Assembly: GCA_020536535.1 (NCBI GenBank)
Contig: JAHLWZ010000530.1
Span: forward strand, 1-64,000
Length of the DNA stretch: 64,000 nt
Source of the DNA: Pelomyxa schiedti
Taxonomy: Eukaryota > Protista > Evosea
Direction: 5' to 3'
In this document: positions 1 through 12,444 of the stretch, piece after piece
Position numbering within the stretch: the stretch's first letter is position 1
How the letters are laid out: each line of letters starts with the position of its first letter
Made by a program: the position numbers and the translations under genes
Notes under the pieces: generated by a model
The model's database searches: none
What the model saw: only the letters and a program-made list of their open reading frames with translations
Told to the model about the DNA's origin: nothing

Positions 1-213
1 TCGGGCCACAGGGGAGAGCTACCACTCGAAGCTACAGTACAGATGTTTGCTTATGCGCAGCACAGTGTCATGCAGGAGGACTCCAAAATGGAGGCAAATC
101 CAAACTCACAACCCACCATGCACCTGAACGAGAATTCTGTTGGACCAGTGCTCGCCGCGGACATGCCACCAGATGCCGTTAAGGGTCCCTTTACTCAATC
201 TGACTGGCATTGA
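1..213 (+). CDS. 3' end of an unidentified gene running in from the left edge
   Basis: Frame 1 is open from base 1 (SGHRGELPLEATVQ...GPFTQSDWH) to TGA at 211-213. No recognisable motif. Confidence 0.35.
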   Translation, partial: SGHRGELPLEATVQMFAYAQHSVMQEDSKMEANPNSQPTMHLNENSVGPVLAADMPPDAVKGPFTQSDWH

Positions 214-218
214 AAGAT

Positions 219-295
219 AATTTTCCTTTGTTCTCCACAACGCTTAACGGAGCACCTTTCAATTCCTCACAATTTTCCTTTGTTCTCAACAACGC
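219..295. repeat. 25-bp direct repeat pair
   Basis: aattttcctttgttctc(c/a)acaacgc at 219-243 and 271-295, one mismatch. Confidence 0.8.
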
Positions 296-490
296 GGATC
301 CCTTTTGAAGCTCACATTAAGCTACAGCTGTTGACCATCATAGCCGCGGATCTGGCACTGTCGGCCGTCGTGGGTCAGCCCGTCGGACTGATCGTGGATC
401 TCTCATTTTTGATTAAAAAGAAAAATTTGTTGACGGCAACACTCAGACCATTGGTGGGTTGGAGTTACTGGTTGAATGTGAAGGTTCCAG

Positions 491-1869
491 CTAATAGTCA
501 GAGACCCAGACTGTCCGTTCTAGTGCATCACCCAAATAATTGTAAACAAGCAAGTCAAATCCATTTGCTGGGGCTTCTATCAGTCCTGGCCAGTAGGACT
601 GAGGTCCCTGTGCGAGAATTGGCTCCTATTTGGGCTGTAAGCTACCTTGAGAAATTCTCATACAGAAAAAGTCAGAGCATCCGACGTAAGACCTCCATAG
701 CAGAGTTTTATGCTAGCGTAATCTGGCCACGCAACAGGATCGGTCGAGTCCTCGTCAGTCATAAAGCTTACAAGTATTGACTCGGAAAGGGAGCCTTTCT
801 AAATTAGTTGTTTTAAGCCAAGTCAATTTCAGGTCATACTATTATTGAGCCCACAGGCAAACGGGGCACCGGAGTTCCGTAGTCCATCAGATTCATGAAT
901 AATAGTTGGTTGCCCCCAAGTGTTGCCGCTATCACATGATCGTTTGCAGTTCACTGTGAATTTCCCCCAGACTCCTGTCCAAAACCCTTCAAATACTACA
1001 ACGAGACTACTATCTGGCAGGATGACAACTGAGGGCATTCCTAATTTGTAAAGCGGGTTTTAGAGCTTATCCAGTGCAATGGTTATTTAATACCATCTCG
1101 GGAACCATCCGTGTGTGAAACAACATAGTACTGATCAGACCAGGTGACTCCATCATCAGAAGACTGTTTCTCAACAATATCTTGCTGCGAAAGTGGCAGT
1201 CCTTCTCTAGAATAAAAGCAGTGTAATAAGCCTCCGTAATAAATCAAAAAAGGTTCCTAGAGTCAGTCAGAAACCCACAAGCCATCCCGTAAGCTGGATC
1301 ACACCCAAATTCCAATATTTTCAGTGAGTTCTACAGTGGAGAGGAAAGACCAGGAACCACCAAGATCACCACTCCACGATACTTCTATGCGATATACTCC
1401 TTCCTCTGTGGTGTGGTGCCGATATGCACACAGTAGTTCTGATGGACTAGAAGGCACCAGTGTCAAAAACCCATTGGCAAGGTCATCAGTCGAAGGAGCA
1501 CATGTAACATGTCCAGATAGTGTAGTCCATGTATTCCCACCATCCACGCTTTGAAAAATGCTCAAGCACTTTGTGCTACTATCCAAAGTTGTCTGTCTGA
1601 TTTGAGCCGCGATTTAGCTGGCCACACAAAGGGGTACTGTATTAGGTCAATAAGTTTATTTTTTTACCTCGCCCACAACAAGGATAGTGCCTACTTCGTC
1701 ACCAAGTTGGACGCCTCTAAGCACATTCAATCAAATCAAGCAAATAGCAGAGTCTGTACCTTGGAAAACCTGCACCCTTGGCGATGGTGTTGGCTGCAGA
1801 CACGTTCACCACTGTTTCTGCTGTGCTTAGTAAGGCAACGCCCAGAACAAAGACAACCAAAAAAAGCAT
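491..1869 (-). CDS. Secreted BNR/Asp-box repeat glycoside hydrolase (GH93-like beta-propeller), multi-exon
   Basis: Signal peptide MLFLVVFVLGVALLS. Asp-boxes SVDGGNTW, SGDLGGSW, SSDDGVTW and SCDSGNTW. Motifs GIWEPF, SRDGMP and SFMTDED after splicing. Stop TAG at 491-493. Confidence 0.75.
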
Positions 1870-2031
1870 TTCTGGGAATTTGATTTGATGGACGAGTACA
1901 CTCCAGAACAGGGTAACCACCTTCCAGCTAGGTATTGTGGGATAACTGTCTCTGGAGTGTGTTTTGGGTTACAAAACCAAGGCACAAACAAAGGAAAATC
2001 AGTACTTTTGTATTTTGCAAAAATAACAGGC

Positions 2032-3114
2032 TCAAGACCCAGTGATGGGGATGAGGAAGCTGACAAATAGCAATGCCATGTGGTAGGGAACCATGTACAC
2101 TGTTCTCTCCCAGGCAAACCATCCCCATATCCAATGGTGTGTGCTGACAAACCCTCGCAGGCATATTATTAAGTCACTGAAAGCAAACAGGTACAGCCCA
2201 ATGACGGCAATGAGTTGTCTCCAGTCCGTCTTTCAGGAATCAGATAATTTGTAGCGTTGTGTGGCTTACTTCAAAAGGGAAGAAGCAGTAGCGAGTGACA
2301 AGTGCCCATGTGGCAACCAGTTCTGCTCCGATATATACAGACGCAAACATAACCGGCTCGTGTCCCGCAACAACACCCAGTAGAAGGCACATAATAGCAA
2401 CGAGCAGGATGAGAGGGAGGGCTATTGTAATTTGAATGTGAAAACACTAGGTAGAAGACTGCAAACCAACAGCCCAGCTAGTGTGCTTCCTGCATCTTAC
2501 TATGTGACAAATGGAGCCCTGACCTTTGCAGGGCGGAAGGAATGTTCCAATTACAAGCGAGATGTGCGCAAGCAAAAAGGAGAGATATCCTCCCGCATAA
2601 AATAAAGATTGACCTGATTTGGAGTGAGGACAGAGAAGGTCTAATGCAAAACAGTACTTGCTATTGTTGGTCCGTAATATGTGAAATAATGAAGACGTGA
2701 GCTCTGGGTGTCAAGCTTAGATAGTGGCGGTTTAGATTTGGCCATGGCAACGCTGAGGCTTTACCTCCATGAGTAGGTCACCGGCAGAATAGAACAAAAA
2801 AGCAATAGTAGTAGCCATCTTCGTGAATAAATGAAAAGCCAGAATGCAGAGGTTAATACCTCAATGGGGAAAACAGTTGAGCATGCATTCCACCTCAGCC
2901 ACAATAGAACGCAAGCTCTAACAGCCAACATCATTGCCGGGAGCGGCTTTGCTGCCAGCATAACTGCATTGCTGTCGCCGTAACAAGCGAGGTACCAAAC
3001 AAAGCACCACACGACAGACAATGCGTAGAACGAAGCGTCTACGATGGTCCCAATGTGCACCAAATCTGACGACAAGGTCTTTATCTGAGTATTCGCGGTT
3101 TCTCGTTGCTCCAT
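2032..3114 (-). CDS. YhhN/TMEM86-like (lysoplasmalogenase-family) multi-pass membrane protein, multi-exon
   Basis: N-terminal TM followed by AKPLP, then GYLSFLLAHI and C-terminal LYLFAFSDLII, matching YhhN family motifs. Confidence 0.65.
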
Positions 3115-3291
3115 TATGAGTTGTTTGTGCCTTGTGCCCCACGCATTTTATTTTTCCCTGGGGTTACTGGATCTTACGAACGACATATGACCCGGCAACG
3201 CCCTCATGCCAATCGATCAAATTATTTTTGTTTCGTGTTCTTTCAACCGTTGAACGACTTTTGTTTCTTTCATAAAAAAAAAAACCGACGA

Positions 3292-6200
3292 ATGGGCGGC
3301 AGTAGCAGCACAGCGAAAACTACGACAGAAACCAAGGAGGACACGAAGAGTGGATCTCGGTGGTTACCGGCCCCTCCTGCCTATAAGTGTGATGAATGCG
3401 GATCTGACATTCCTGACGAGGGCACGCGGTACGCCTGCATCAGCTGCGTGAGGATCGCACATGGCAAAAAGATGGCAAAAATGGGGTTTGTTTTTTTATT
3501 TCTCCTGTATTCTGTGACCCGCGGGTCGTCGTACTAACGTTTGTCAAGGCACACGGAACCAATTTCTTATGATGTTTGCCAAGCTTGCTTCACTAAGAGT
3601 AATGACACTATTCACAAAGGTCACGAAATAAGGCGGTGCTGTCCCTCCTTTGTGGATCAAGAGGTCACATCTGACAGAATTGCCATCTCAATGAAAAATG
3701 CACTGGAGAGATATTCAACATGTCCAGTGATAGAGGACAGCGGCAAAAGGATAACATTCTTTTTCGAGATCTATGAACGGGCCAGAGCACTTGCAACTTA
3801 CCTCCTATTATCGTTACACTTGCAAAAAGGGGATTGCATTGCACTGGTAATGGAAAATTGTTCTGAATGGATCATAGTTGATGTGGCATGCATGTTCTCT
3901 GGGATTGTTTCCGTACCTATATCACATACCTTGCCATCGGACACCATAGGGTTCATCATCCAACGGGTTGAGCCTAAGGTGATTTTTGATACAGCCAACA
4001 CTCATGATACAGTATCTAAAGTTGTTGCAGACCTTGGTTTGCAATCCAAAGTGTACTGCATAACTAAAAAAGGCAACACGACGCACAGTGTCACAGAAGG
4101 AAACCCTGAAAACATGGAGAAGGACTTATTGAGCACCTTCAATCACTTTGCCACTCCAGATTCCTGGGCCCCCGTCAAGCCCGGCAACCCCAATGATATG
4201 TTGACAATTATATTCACGTCAGGATCAACAGGCCTTCCAAAGGGCACAATTTTCTCTGACGCGATGTTTAATGGCGAGGCTCCCGAGCTATTTCCGGGTG
4301 TTCTATTTTGTTATGAGCCATTGTCTTACAGTACACAGAGGATGTTGGTGCAGCGAGCCATTCGGGCGGGCACACAAATCAGTATCTTCAGTGGGCATAT
4401 GGAAACTTTTTTAGATGAACTCAAACTGGCTGCTCCTACATCATTCTCTGCACCCCCTAGAATATGGAACCTTTTCTATGCAATTTACAAAAACCGAGTA
4501 TCCGACTTAAGTAAAAAGGAGGCTTATCTGGAAGGAGAAAGAGCTAAAAACGCGGGGCAAGTGTGGACTCAAGAGGCTGCTGATGCCTCTTGGGGCTCAT
4601 ATGTTACAAAGGATGTCATTCAGTACTTAGGACCTCGGATATTCTCTATATCAACAGGAGGAGCACCCACTTCACCTGAAGTAATGAATTGGCTCAAGAG
4701 AGGCCACTCCATGCTCAGTGAAGGCTATGGAGCCACTGAAGTGGGGGGTATAGGCTCCAATGGAGTCAGGAAAAGTGATTGCCAAGTACACCTGGATGAC
4801 GTGCCAGAGCTGGGTTACTTTTCCACTGACAAACCATACTCCAGAGGCTTACTTTGGGTGAGGACTAGTAGAATGACTACGGGGTACTATGGAGATCCAA
4901 TGGCAACAAATGACAACTTTAAGATCAGGAGCGACATTGATGGCCAGAAGTGGTATAACACTGGGGACATAGTTGAGTATTCCCCAGGCACTGAACATCT
5001 CCGTGTGATTGATCGAGTGAAAAACATCATCAAGCTGGCTCAAGCAGTATTTGTAGCTCCAGAGAGATTAGAAAATATCTTCATTGAAAGCAAGTTTGTT
5101 GAGAACATCTTCATTTATGCTGAAAGTCTTTTTGAGTACGTAACAGCAGTTGTTGTACCAAATCTACCTTATATCGAGAGTGTCGCGTCCTCGTGTCAAT
5201 TTGACAGTACCGACTTGAATAATCCAGTTCTCATTCAAAAAATTCTTTCCAACTTCGTGGAAGTTGGTCAAGCTCATCACTTACAGCCATATGAAATACC
5301 CCAAAAGATATTGATTGACCCGAATCGGTGGAGCCCTGAAAATCATCTGCTGACGCCTTCTTTCAAGCTTGATCGCCTCGCTCTGAGATCCCACTATCAA
5401 TCTAAATTGCGTGCCTTATATGGTATTACTACCAATCCTGGCACAGCTTCCTCTGTAGAAACACATTCTTCACGTGCTTCAGAAGCTACCCCTTCTCCGG
5501 CATTTGACTGTAACTATCAAAAAATGGTGGATATCCTTGAATCAGTCTCCAAGAAATCACTGAACGACATAAAGGACTGTAAAATCCAGTCTCTTGGATT
5601 TGACTCCATGTCAGTTGTGCATTTATCATTGATTGTAAAACAGATACTTCCAACACCAGTATCTCTTGCAACGTTATTCCAAAGCACTGTCCAACAGTTA
5701 TGTGATTTTGTTCAAGCAAGGAAGGAAAACGTTACTGAAGGAATAGTTTTGCCTTCCCCAGTGGCCACTGACTGGAAGCAGGAAATGACCTTACCTGCAC
5801 ATATTACCAGTTCTTTGCGATCTAGACATTTTGATCGCCAAATTCCCACATCCCGCCAAGATGGTTTTCAGATATTCTTGACTGGGGTTACTGGCTTTCT
5901 GGGTATACACATACTTGTCGATCTCCTATCTGTTTCTTCAGTAAAACGAATTTTCTGCCTAGTTAGAGCCTCGACAGAACTACAAGCGACAGAAAGGCTT
6001 CATGCCACTCTGGAATACTTTGGATTTCCTTTACTTCCACTAGAGAAAGTAGTCATTGTTCTCGGCTATCTGGACAAACCATTATTCTCGTTATCCGAGG
6101 CCCAATTTTCTTCCTTGGCCTCTGAAGTCGATATTGTGATTCATAACGGCTGTCATGTAAACGGCATATACCCCTATCAAGCCCTTAAAGATAGCAACGT

Positions 6201-7035
6201 AGGGGGAACGATTGAATCCCTCAATTTGGCAACCTCTAAACGCTGTTCCCGTTTCTGTTACGTCAGTACAATCTCAGTTTTTGGCTCTCTTTTCATGTCC
6301 GATGACCCAGTTGACGAAAGTAGAAGCTTCGCACTGTCATCGATGGCGGGATACAGTGCCTCCAAACTTGTCTCTGAATATTTAGTAAACCAAGCCTATG
6401 CCGCTGGGCTTCCTGTAACCATTGTCAGACCCGGAATGATTACCGGTAGTCACTTATACGGAGTATGTAACCCAAACGACTTCATCACTAAATACCTTGA
6501 GACTTTGGTTCAACTTCGCACGGTTCCAATCATTCCCCCAGAGGTCAAGTTCGCTATGGTTGCCGTCAATTATGTTGCTCGACTGATTACTATCGCGAGC
6601 CTTTTGACGCCATACAACCAGTTACAACTCGTTTGCGGGAATCCAGATATTCTGCCTGTATTCCACGCGCACAGTCTGGAGGCAGAATCAATTCCAGTGA
6701 TGCACCTAAGCAAAGCACTCCCAGAAGCAGGGATTATTGATGCGGCCCTACTGCCATACCCCAAGTGGCTCGAAATCCTTTTTTCACAGAGTGACCCCAA
6801 TCTGTGCTCTTTAGTACCACTCAAGAGCTACTTCCGAAACGGATTCCCAGCAGAGAGTACTTTTTGCACACCCAACGACCACGCTCACAGCCTTCTGCAG
6901 CAACTCCCCTCCTTGTGCCAAAAGGGTTACCTTGACAGCTCCTTGCGTGAGCGCATAGAACTGGCACCAAACCCAACAACACTCGTATTGTACCTCAAAG
7001 CAACACAACTCCACATGAAGCAAAAGAAATTGTGA
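3292..7035 (+). CDS. ZZ zinc finger-adenylation-thiolation-thioester reductase (carboxylic acid reductase / NRPS-like)
   Basis: MGGSSS start at 3292. Intron 3486-3548 with a TACTAAC branch point. ZZ: CDEC..RYACISC..YDVCQACF..H..H. A domain: FTSGSTGLPKG, EGYGATE, YNTGD, IDRVKNIIKL. T domain: LGFDSM. R domain: LTGVTGFLG, YSASK. Confidence 0.9.
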
Positions 7036-7073
7036 TACAATTTCTTTGTGACAATGTCACATTTCGTTCACAC

Positions 7074-7766
7074 TTAGTTTCTTTTCTCCAGTTGTTGAAT
7101 TAGCCATTCAAATCCCTCCGGCAGGCCATCACCGGAGGTGGCGCAGGAAGCTTGGATATACCAATCTCTTGGAGCACCAGTTCGGCCCACATTAATCTCT
7201 GGGAGACCCAGCTTAGCAGTTATCTCAGCCACAGGCAGTGCCGAGGGCAGGTCTTGCTTATTTGCAAATACAAGCAGCGGTGCGTCCCGTAATTGCTCGT
7301 CACCAAGGAGGTAGTACATTTGTTCTCGGGCATCGTCCATTCTCTCCACATCAGCGGAGTCCACAAACACAATGACGCCCTTGGTTCCTGGCAAGTGCTG
7401 ACATAGAAAATGACATTACTATTAAGCAACAATAGCAAGCAAGGGACGTGAATAACCTGCTTCCATAAAGACCTTATTCTGTCTTCACCACCAACATCGA
7501 AAACTACTATCAAAAGGTTAATGTTTTTATGGCAGTACACTGACAGAACGCACCGAGATTCATATTTTTGTACTTCACCTCCTCCACACTGTAACTCATA
7601 TCAGGTACAGTAGAAACCTCCCCCAGTTTCATTTTGTACAAGGCCGTTGTTTTCCCAGCAGCATCAAGACCGAACTGCACGTTCCTATGAGATTGTACTA
7701 CACAAAAGTATTGCCCACCATGAGAACACGCCGAGGCTCTGTCGGTGCCGAACTCACAGACCCCAT
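7074..7766 (-). CDS. ADP-ribosylation factor family GTPase (divergent), 4 exons
   Basis: MGSVSS start; [22 protein letters not shown] and SCATSGDGL motifs. Confidence 0.9.
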
Positions 7767-7876
7767 TGGGTTTTTTGTTGGTTTTTTTTCCTTTCCCACG
7801 GTTTTTCTGCACTAAACGCAAAAGGAAAAAATCCAGAAAGTGTGATTGATTACAAACAACGGGACTGACATTACAT

Positions 7877-8513
7877 TCACATTTGGTCTTCTCTGCCCTC
7901 CCGCAACAGCTTGTGGGTCATTGTGGAAGTGTCGAGGTCGTAAATGTTGAACTCGGTGTGCAAGTCAAAGCCAGGATGGCGAACTGCAAAGTTGATTGAT
8001 GTGCTTCCTTCCGCCGATGTGGTATTTACTTTGTGCCACGTTCGTGGTGCCCACTGAAGTACTGCAGGCTCACTGCATATAATCTCACCGTTTCGCTTGA
8101 TGTAACTCCTTCCGACTTCAAAGACTTCCACTACCCCGGGCTGGCTTGCGTGCCTGCAAAGGAATACAATCGTCAGTGAGGAGACAGTGGCAGGGAAAGA
8201 AGAGACAGTACATGAGAATGGAAGTCCGGATGCCCCTGCACACAAGTAGATTGTCCTCTTGGCACGGGTGATAGTACCACCCGTCCACCCCATTCACCAT
8301 TCCAGGCGATTTGGCGTTGGCTCCGTGTTCCACGTGGTCAACTCCATCGATATGGCTGAACTCCTATTGACAACAGTCAAGGGAAGGGAAAAGCAAGGTC
8401 CAGAAACAAAGGCTTACAGTCATTGGTAGACCTCGGAACTCCACATCATCCTTCTTACGGAACAACCGAAGAGGAATAACTCGCCAATAAGTAGGCGTTG
8501 TTGAGGTTGCCAT
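7877..8513 (-). CDS. Bacterial-type cupin-fold protein of unknown function, 2 introns
   Basis: Spliced product [20 protein letters not shown]...[28 protein letters not shown]...WHKV...[26 protein letters not shown]. Cupin-like H-x-x-Q-x-D motif and distal H. Confidence 0.7.
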
Positions 8514-8823
8514 TACAACACACGGTGTTTTGCTTGTTGTTACTTTTTATTTTCTTTGTTGATAAAGGAGCAAGCCCTTTTAAAAGAGCCCGACTGGCTC
8601 AAAAAAGAAAATTCGTGCACCGTTCGTCACCCCCAACGCGAAACGGCGTTCGCCATCATTTATCCTTAACGGTTTTCGCTGGGAGTTATTCTCTGTTCAA
8701 ACTGAACCTACCGGAGCCTGGCCCACCCTTGGATCACTGCACAACAACTACAACACTTGAGCGAGTGCGAACTGGTCCTTCTCAGTTTCTGTCTTTCCTC
8801 AGAGAGCCAAGCAGATTTTGCTG

Positions 8824-10658
8824 ATGGACGTGTATTGTGCTACGGTGATCGAGATTCTGTCGTGCAAAGTGCCAGTGCATGTTGCTACCATAATTGCGGA
8901 AATGGCGGGAGTGCGCCATTGGGAGCGGGCAATGTGGTTGTACAACCACATCGAAAACCTGAGGCGTACGCCTTTCACAGTGTACTCCTTCCAGACTGAA
9001 AGGAAGACTCTGGAGTGGCTTCTCAGAGAGATGTGTGTTTTTCAGGGTGAACTTCTCAGTCTGTTGACAAGTTCTGAGTCTGACCCTTTGTCCCGGTGAG
9101 GACTAATAGTTCTTTAGTATTTATTAATGGTGTTGCTGTTATTTTTGATCACAGAAGACTCAAACCATTTCCACTTACCTAAAGGAAGTCACTATTTGCT
9201 ACAAAACGAAGACCTTTCTCTCTTACCTTGGTATCTTCACTGCCTCCCACTGAGGTCTGTCTCTACACCTAGTTAGAGAATACCCTCGTTGTCGTACTGG
9301 AATACAACTAAAAACAATACAAATAGAATGAAAGCACAGACCGCTCCTTTTCCTTTCCATTGAACCTGCCATCAAAGGCCAACATCGCAAGTGAGATTTT
9401 AATATTCACGGATTTGCCTGGATATTTTTTTATCTCCTCACTGGAGACCCACTCTGAAATCCCAATAAAACCAACCGTTGTCAAGAATAGCCAGTACTCT
9501 GTTTATAAGATCAAGAAAGAGGAAGCGAACTTTAATGAAGATTTGGCAATACATGTTAAGAATTCTCGTGACCGTTATGGCTTGTATAGACGCCGAGCCT
9601 TAATTGGCATGGGACTTCTCAAAACTTCGTATCTGATTTTTCAAAGCTCTTGCTGCAGACCTGGAATCCATAAATCAAATAAGAAAAATAGTAATGAGAA
9701 GGCGTCTTACTGAGCTTCTCACTCAGGTTTTTACATCTGATTCTGGAAGCTTTTTCACTCTATATAGGTAAAAGTACCCATTATTCGAGAAAAGCGAAAG
9801 AGGATCGTTTCTTCCGGTCTTGACTCAACCCTACAGCTTCCCGCTAAGGTGTTTGATTACGTTTGCGGAAATTTTCTCGGTGTGGGTGATGAGCACAATG
9901 GTGTATCAGAGGAGTACATCATACAATTAGGTACACTTCTTCGTTCTGCAACTCCCATTGTCCATGTGGCATCTTGGCCATCACCCTGGACAAATATTTT
10001 TGGGGATAACTCTCGCCTGTACTTCAAGGCGGTTCAACCCCCAGAGAGATTCGTCGGTAAAGAAAATTTACCCTGAAAAACTAGTCTGATGTTACACAGA
10101 AGTTGAAGGACTTGTGACATTATTCAAAACCGGTATAATAAAAATTGAACAATGGGAAGAGGATACAGATAAAGCAGTTTGCCAATTCTATCCAATTAGC
10201 TCCCTTATCATCAAAAGTTTGTCGATGAGATTAAGGAGTATCAAGGCACTTGGCTTCCTCAAAGTGTTACTGAAACTGAGATTATAGTTCAAGCAAATGT
10301 GGCACTCTTGTATGCAGAATCCTCTTCCTCATTCTCCTCTTCACCACATTTCCCTGCCCCACCACACTCATTTTCCACGAAAATTGTGCAATGCACCATT
10401 TCTTTCACTCCTGGTGCTACTGAATTCATGGAACCACCTGAAGACTATGATCACGGATACACACTGACCACACGCGACCTTGACATTTTTGTGGATGGGA
10501 TTCCCTTTGTGAAGCATCTGGGCAAACCTACTTGTCGGAAACTTACCATTCAGACCACAAGTGACATTAACAGCCGGCCTCATTTTCCCACAGCAGTACC
10601 TCAACTTCTAGAGGACATTCTTGACCCTTTGTGGTACATAGTACCTTTTTGGAGGTGA
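8824..10658 (+). CDS. Hypothetical protein, multi-exon
   Basis: Chain of + strand ORF fragments (8818-9099, 9360-9713, 9849-10076, 10299-10658) separated by GT..AG introns. No recognisable domain; exon structure not fully resolved. Confidence 0.5.
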
Positions 10659-10705
10659 AAAGAACGTGAAACATGGAATTCACAACACTACTGTGTTTTT
10701 TTTTT

Positions 10706-12330
10706 TTACGAAGTCATCACTGTGGAGATGAAGGTGATAAACTCTTCTCTGTTTGGCAGGGATTCTGCAACAAGGTGGGGGCCTGTTGGATTTGGTATGA
10801 AGGTGCTGTAACCAGCCCATTCGTGGACCAAGAGGTGGCCGCGGCTGTATTTAACAAATTTGCCTGGATATACTGCCTGTAATTTATGTTTTTTTTTTGG
10901 TGAGTCACTTTGCATTGGAATTCAAGAAAGAACCTCGGAGATTGTAAGAGGATCATGTGGACAGGTGCCGGTTATTGGGCGACCAAGAATACTGGAGCGA
11001 AACTTCAGCCAGGTATTAAGTAAAAGTCCAACAATTGCCCTTTCGTCTTCCAGAGGGGCCTTTCCACCCCCGTCTGCCTTGGCTTTTACTGCAGCTCCCA
11101 TTTCTAGAAGCAGTTCACATGGCGGGCCAGTGAACCAATTTCCGTTTGTGACAGTGTCATTCACTACGGATATTTTCATCCCTTATTGTGGAGTTAGGCG
11201 TTTTTACCTTTTTATTTCATACCTGAAGCAAATACTTTAACACAAGCCAAGGTATCACCAGATATATTATGATTGGGGAAGTAATGGAACCTGGGAAAGT
11301 CATTTATTACAGGTTATATCACATTGGACAACCCACACACTTCCCGAAGCTGACAGTGGGACGTTTTCCTCGGGGATTGGGAATGGTTTCTCAACACACT
11401 TAGCAATGTCTGATGGCTTCAAGCGGTGGCCTTGTCCCATATAGACTACATGCTTTACTCTAATTGAGTGAACTGTAAATGAATACTGTACTCACATGCA
11501 CAAGAGATGGAAGCTGCGGTTCTATCTCTAATGCTTTTGCCAAGTTTGTAAGGGCACCAATGCAGGCAATTGTGACAGAACCAGGATACTTTCGTACTTG
11601 CTCCACTATGAACTGTGCCCCAGTCATCTCCTCGGTCTCGGTTCTTGTGGGACTCATGAGTTCATCCACTTCTGCCTGTGATAGCAAGCACATTCCATCC
11701 GTCATTCCTTCTGTTCCCGTGTGCCAAACATCCCTATGAGTGCCTATTGGTACTCCTTCACCACTGACAACTGTGATTCCACTTGGTTGACCAGTTCTAG
11801 CTTCACGTGCTTTCACTATGGCCCTGCATACAGCTGCCCTGACTCTAGTGTGTCCATAAACAGTTGTAATCTGAGTGAGGTATGAGGAGATATGTTTATG
11901 CATTAACCAATTTTCAATTTCAACTCTGGAGCATTACCCCCAGAATCTTCACATCATCAACTGGTAAATGCAACAAAAACAACAGGGCCAGAGAATCATC
12001 AATGTCAGTCCCCAGGTCAGTGTCAACCAACAACATGCAGGGCTTGGAGGACTCTGTGAACCAATCTGGCATCACTGAGCTATCTACAGCTCCATCAGAT
12101 GCAATTGCCGTTGCCGTTGCCGTTGTAGTAGTTGGAACGGAGACTGAGACTGAGGCTGATTGCCGTTCCTTGAGGGTTTTGAGTTCCTCAGGAGTGATTT
12201 CGAGCCTCTCTGATCTGTAGGGCACCTTCCTGTCCGCGTACTTGTACGAGGAGGACGAAGCGGGGGCGGCCCCACTTGTGGGAGGACTGTCTTCGCGGCG
12301 GTCTTCGTTACTACTAGCTGTAAGCCCCAT
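10706..12330 (-). CDS. Inosine-uridine preferring nucleoside hydrolase, with a possibly myristoylated N-terminal extension
   Basis: DTDLGTDIDD, ITTVYG, IGALTNLA and HDPL motifs. Last exon AVYPGKF...TVMTS*. Start MGLTASS. Confidence 0.85.
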
Positions 12331-12444
12331 TGATTAACAGTTTCTAGTTGGTTGCTTTCTTCTCGTCTTTTTCTCAGACTTGGCGCACATCACCGGGAGA
12401 AACCAAGGCGACGAACGGGTGCCGAGGAAAAAAAACCTACGGTC

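Noticed and set aside
280-780. 166-aa + strand ORF
   Set aside because: Antisense to the last exons of the BNR hydrolase and has no motif; shadow ORF.
10673-11240. + strand ORFs 10673-10882 and 10860-11240
   Set aside because: Antisense to the nucleoside hydrolase 3' exons.
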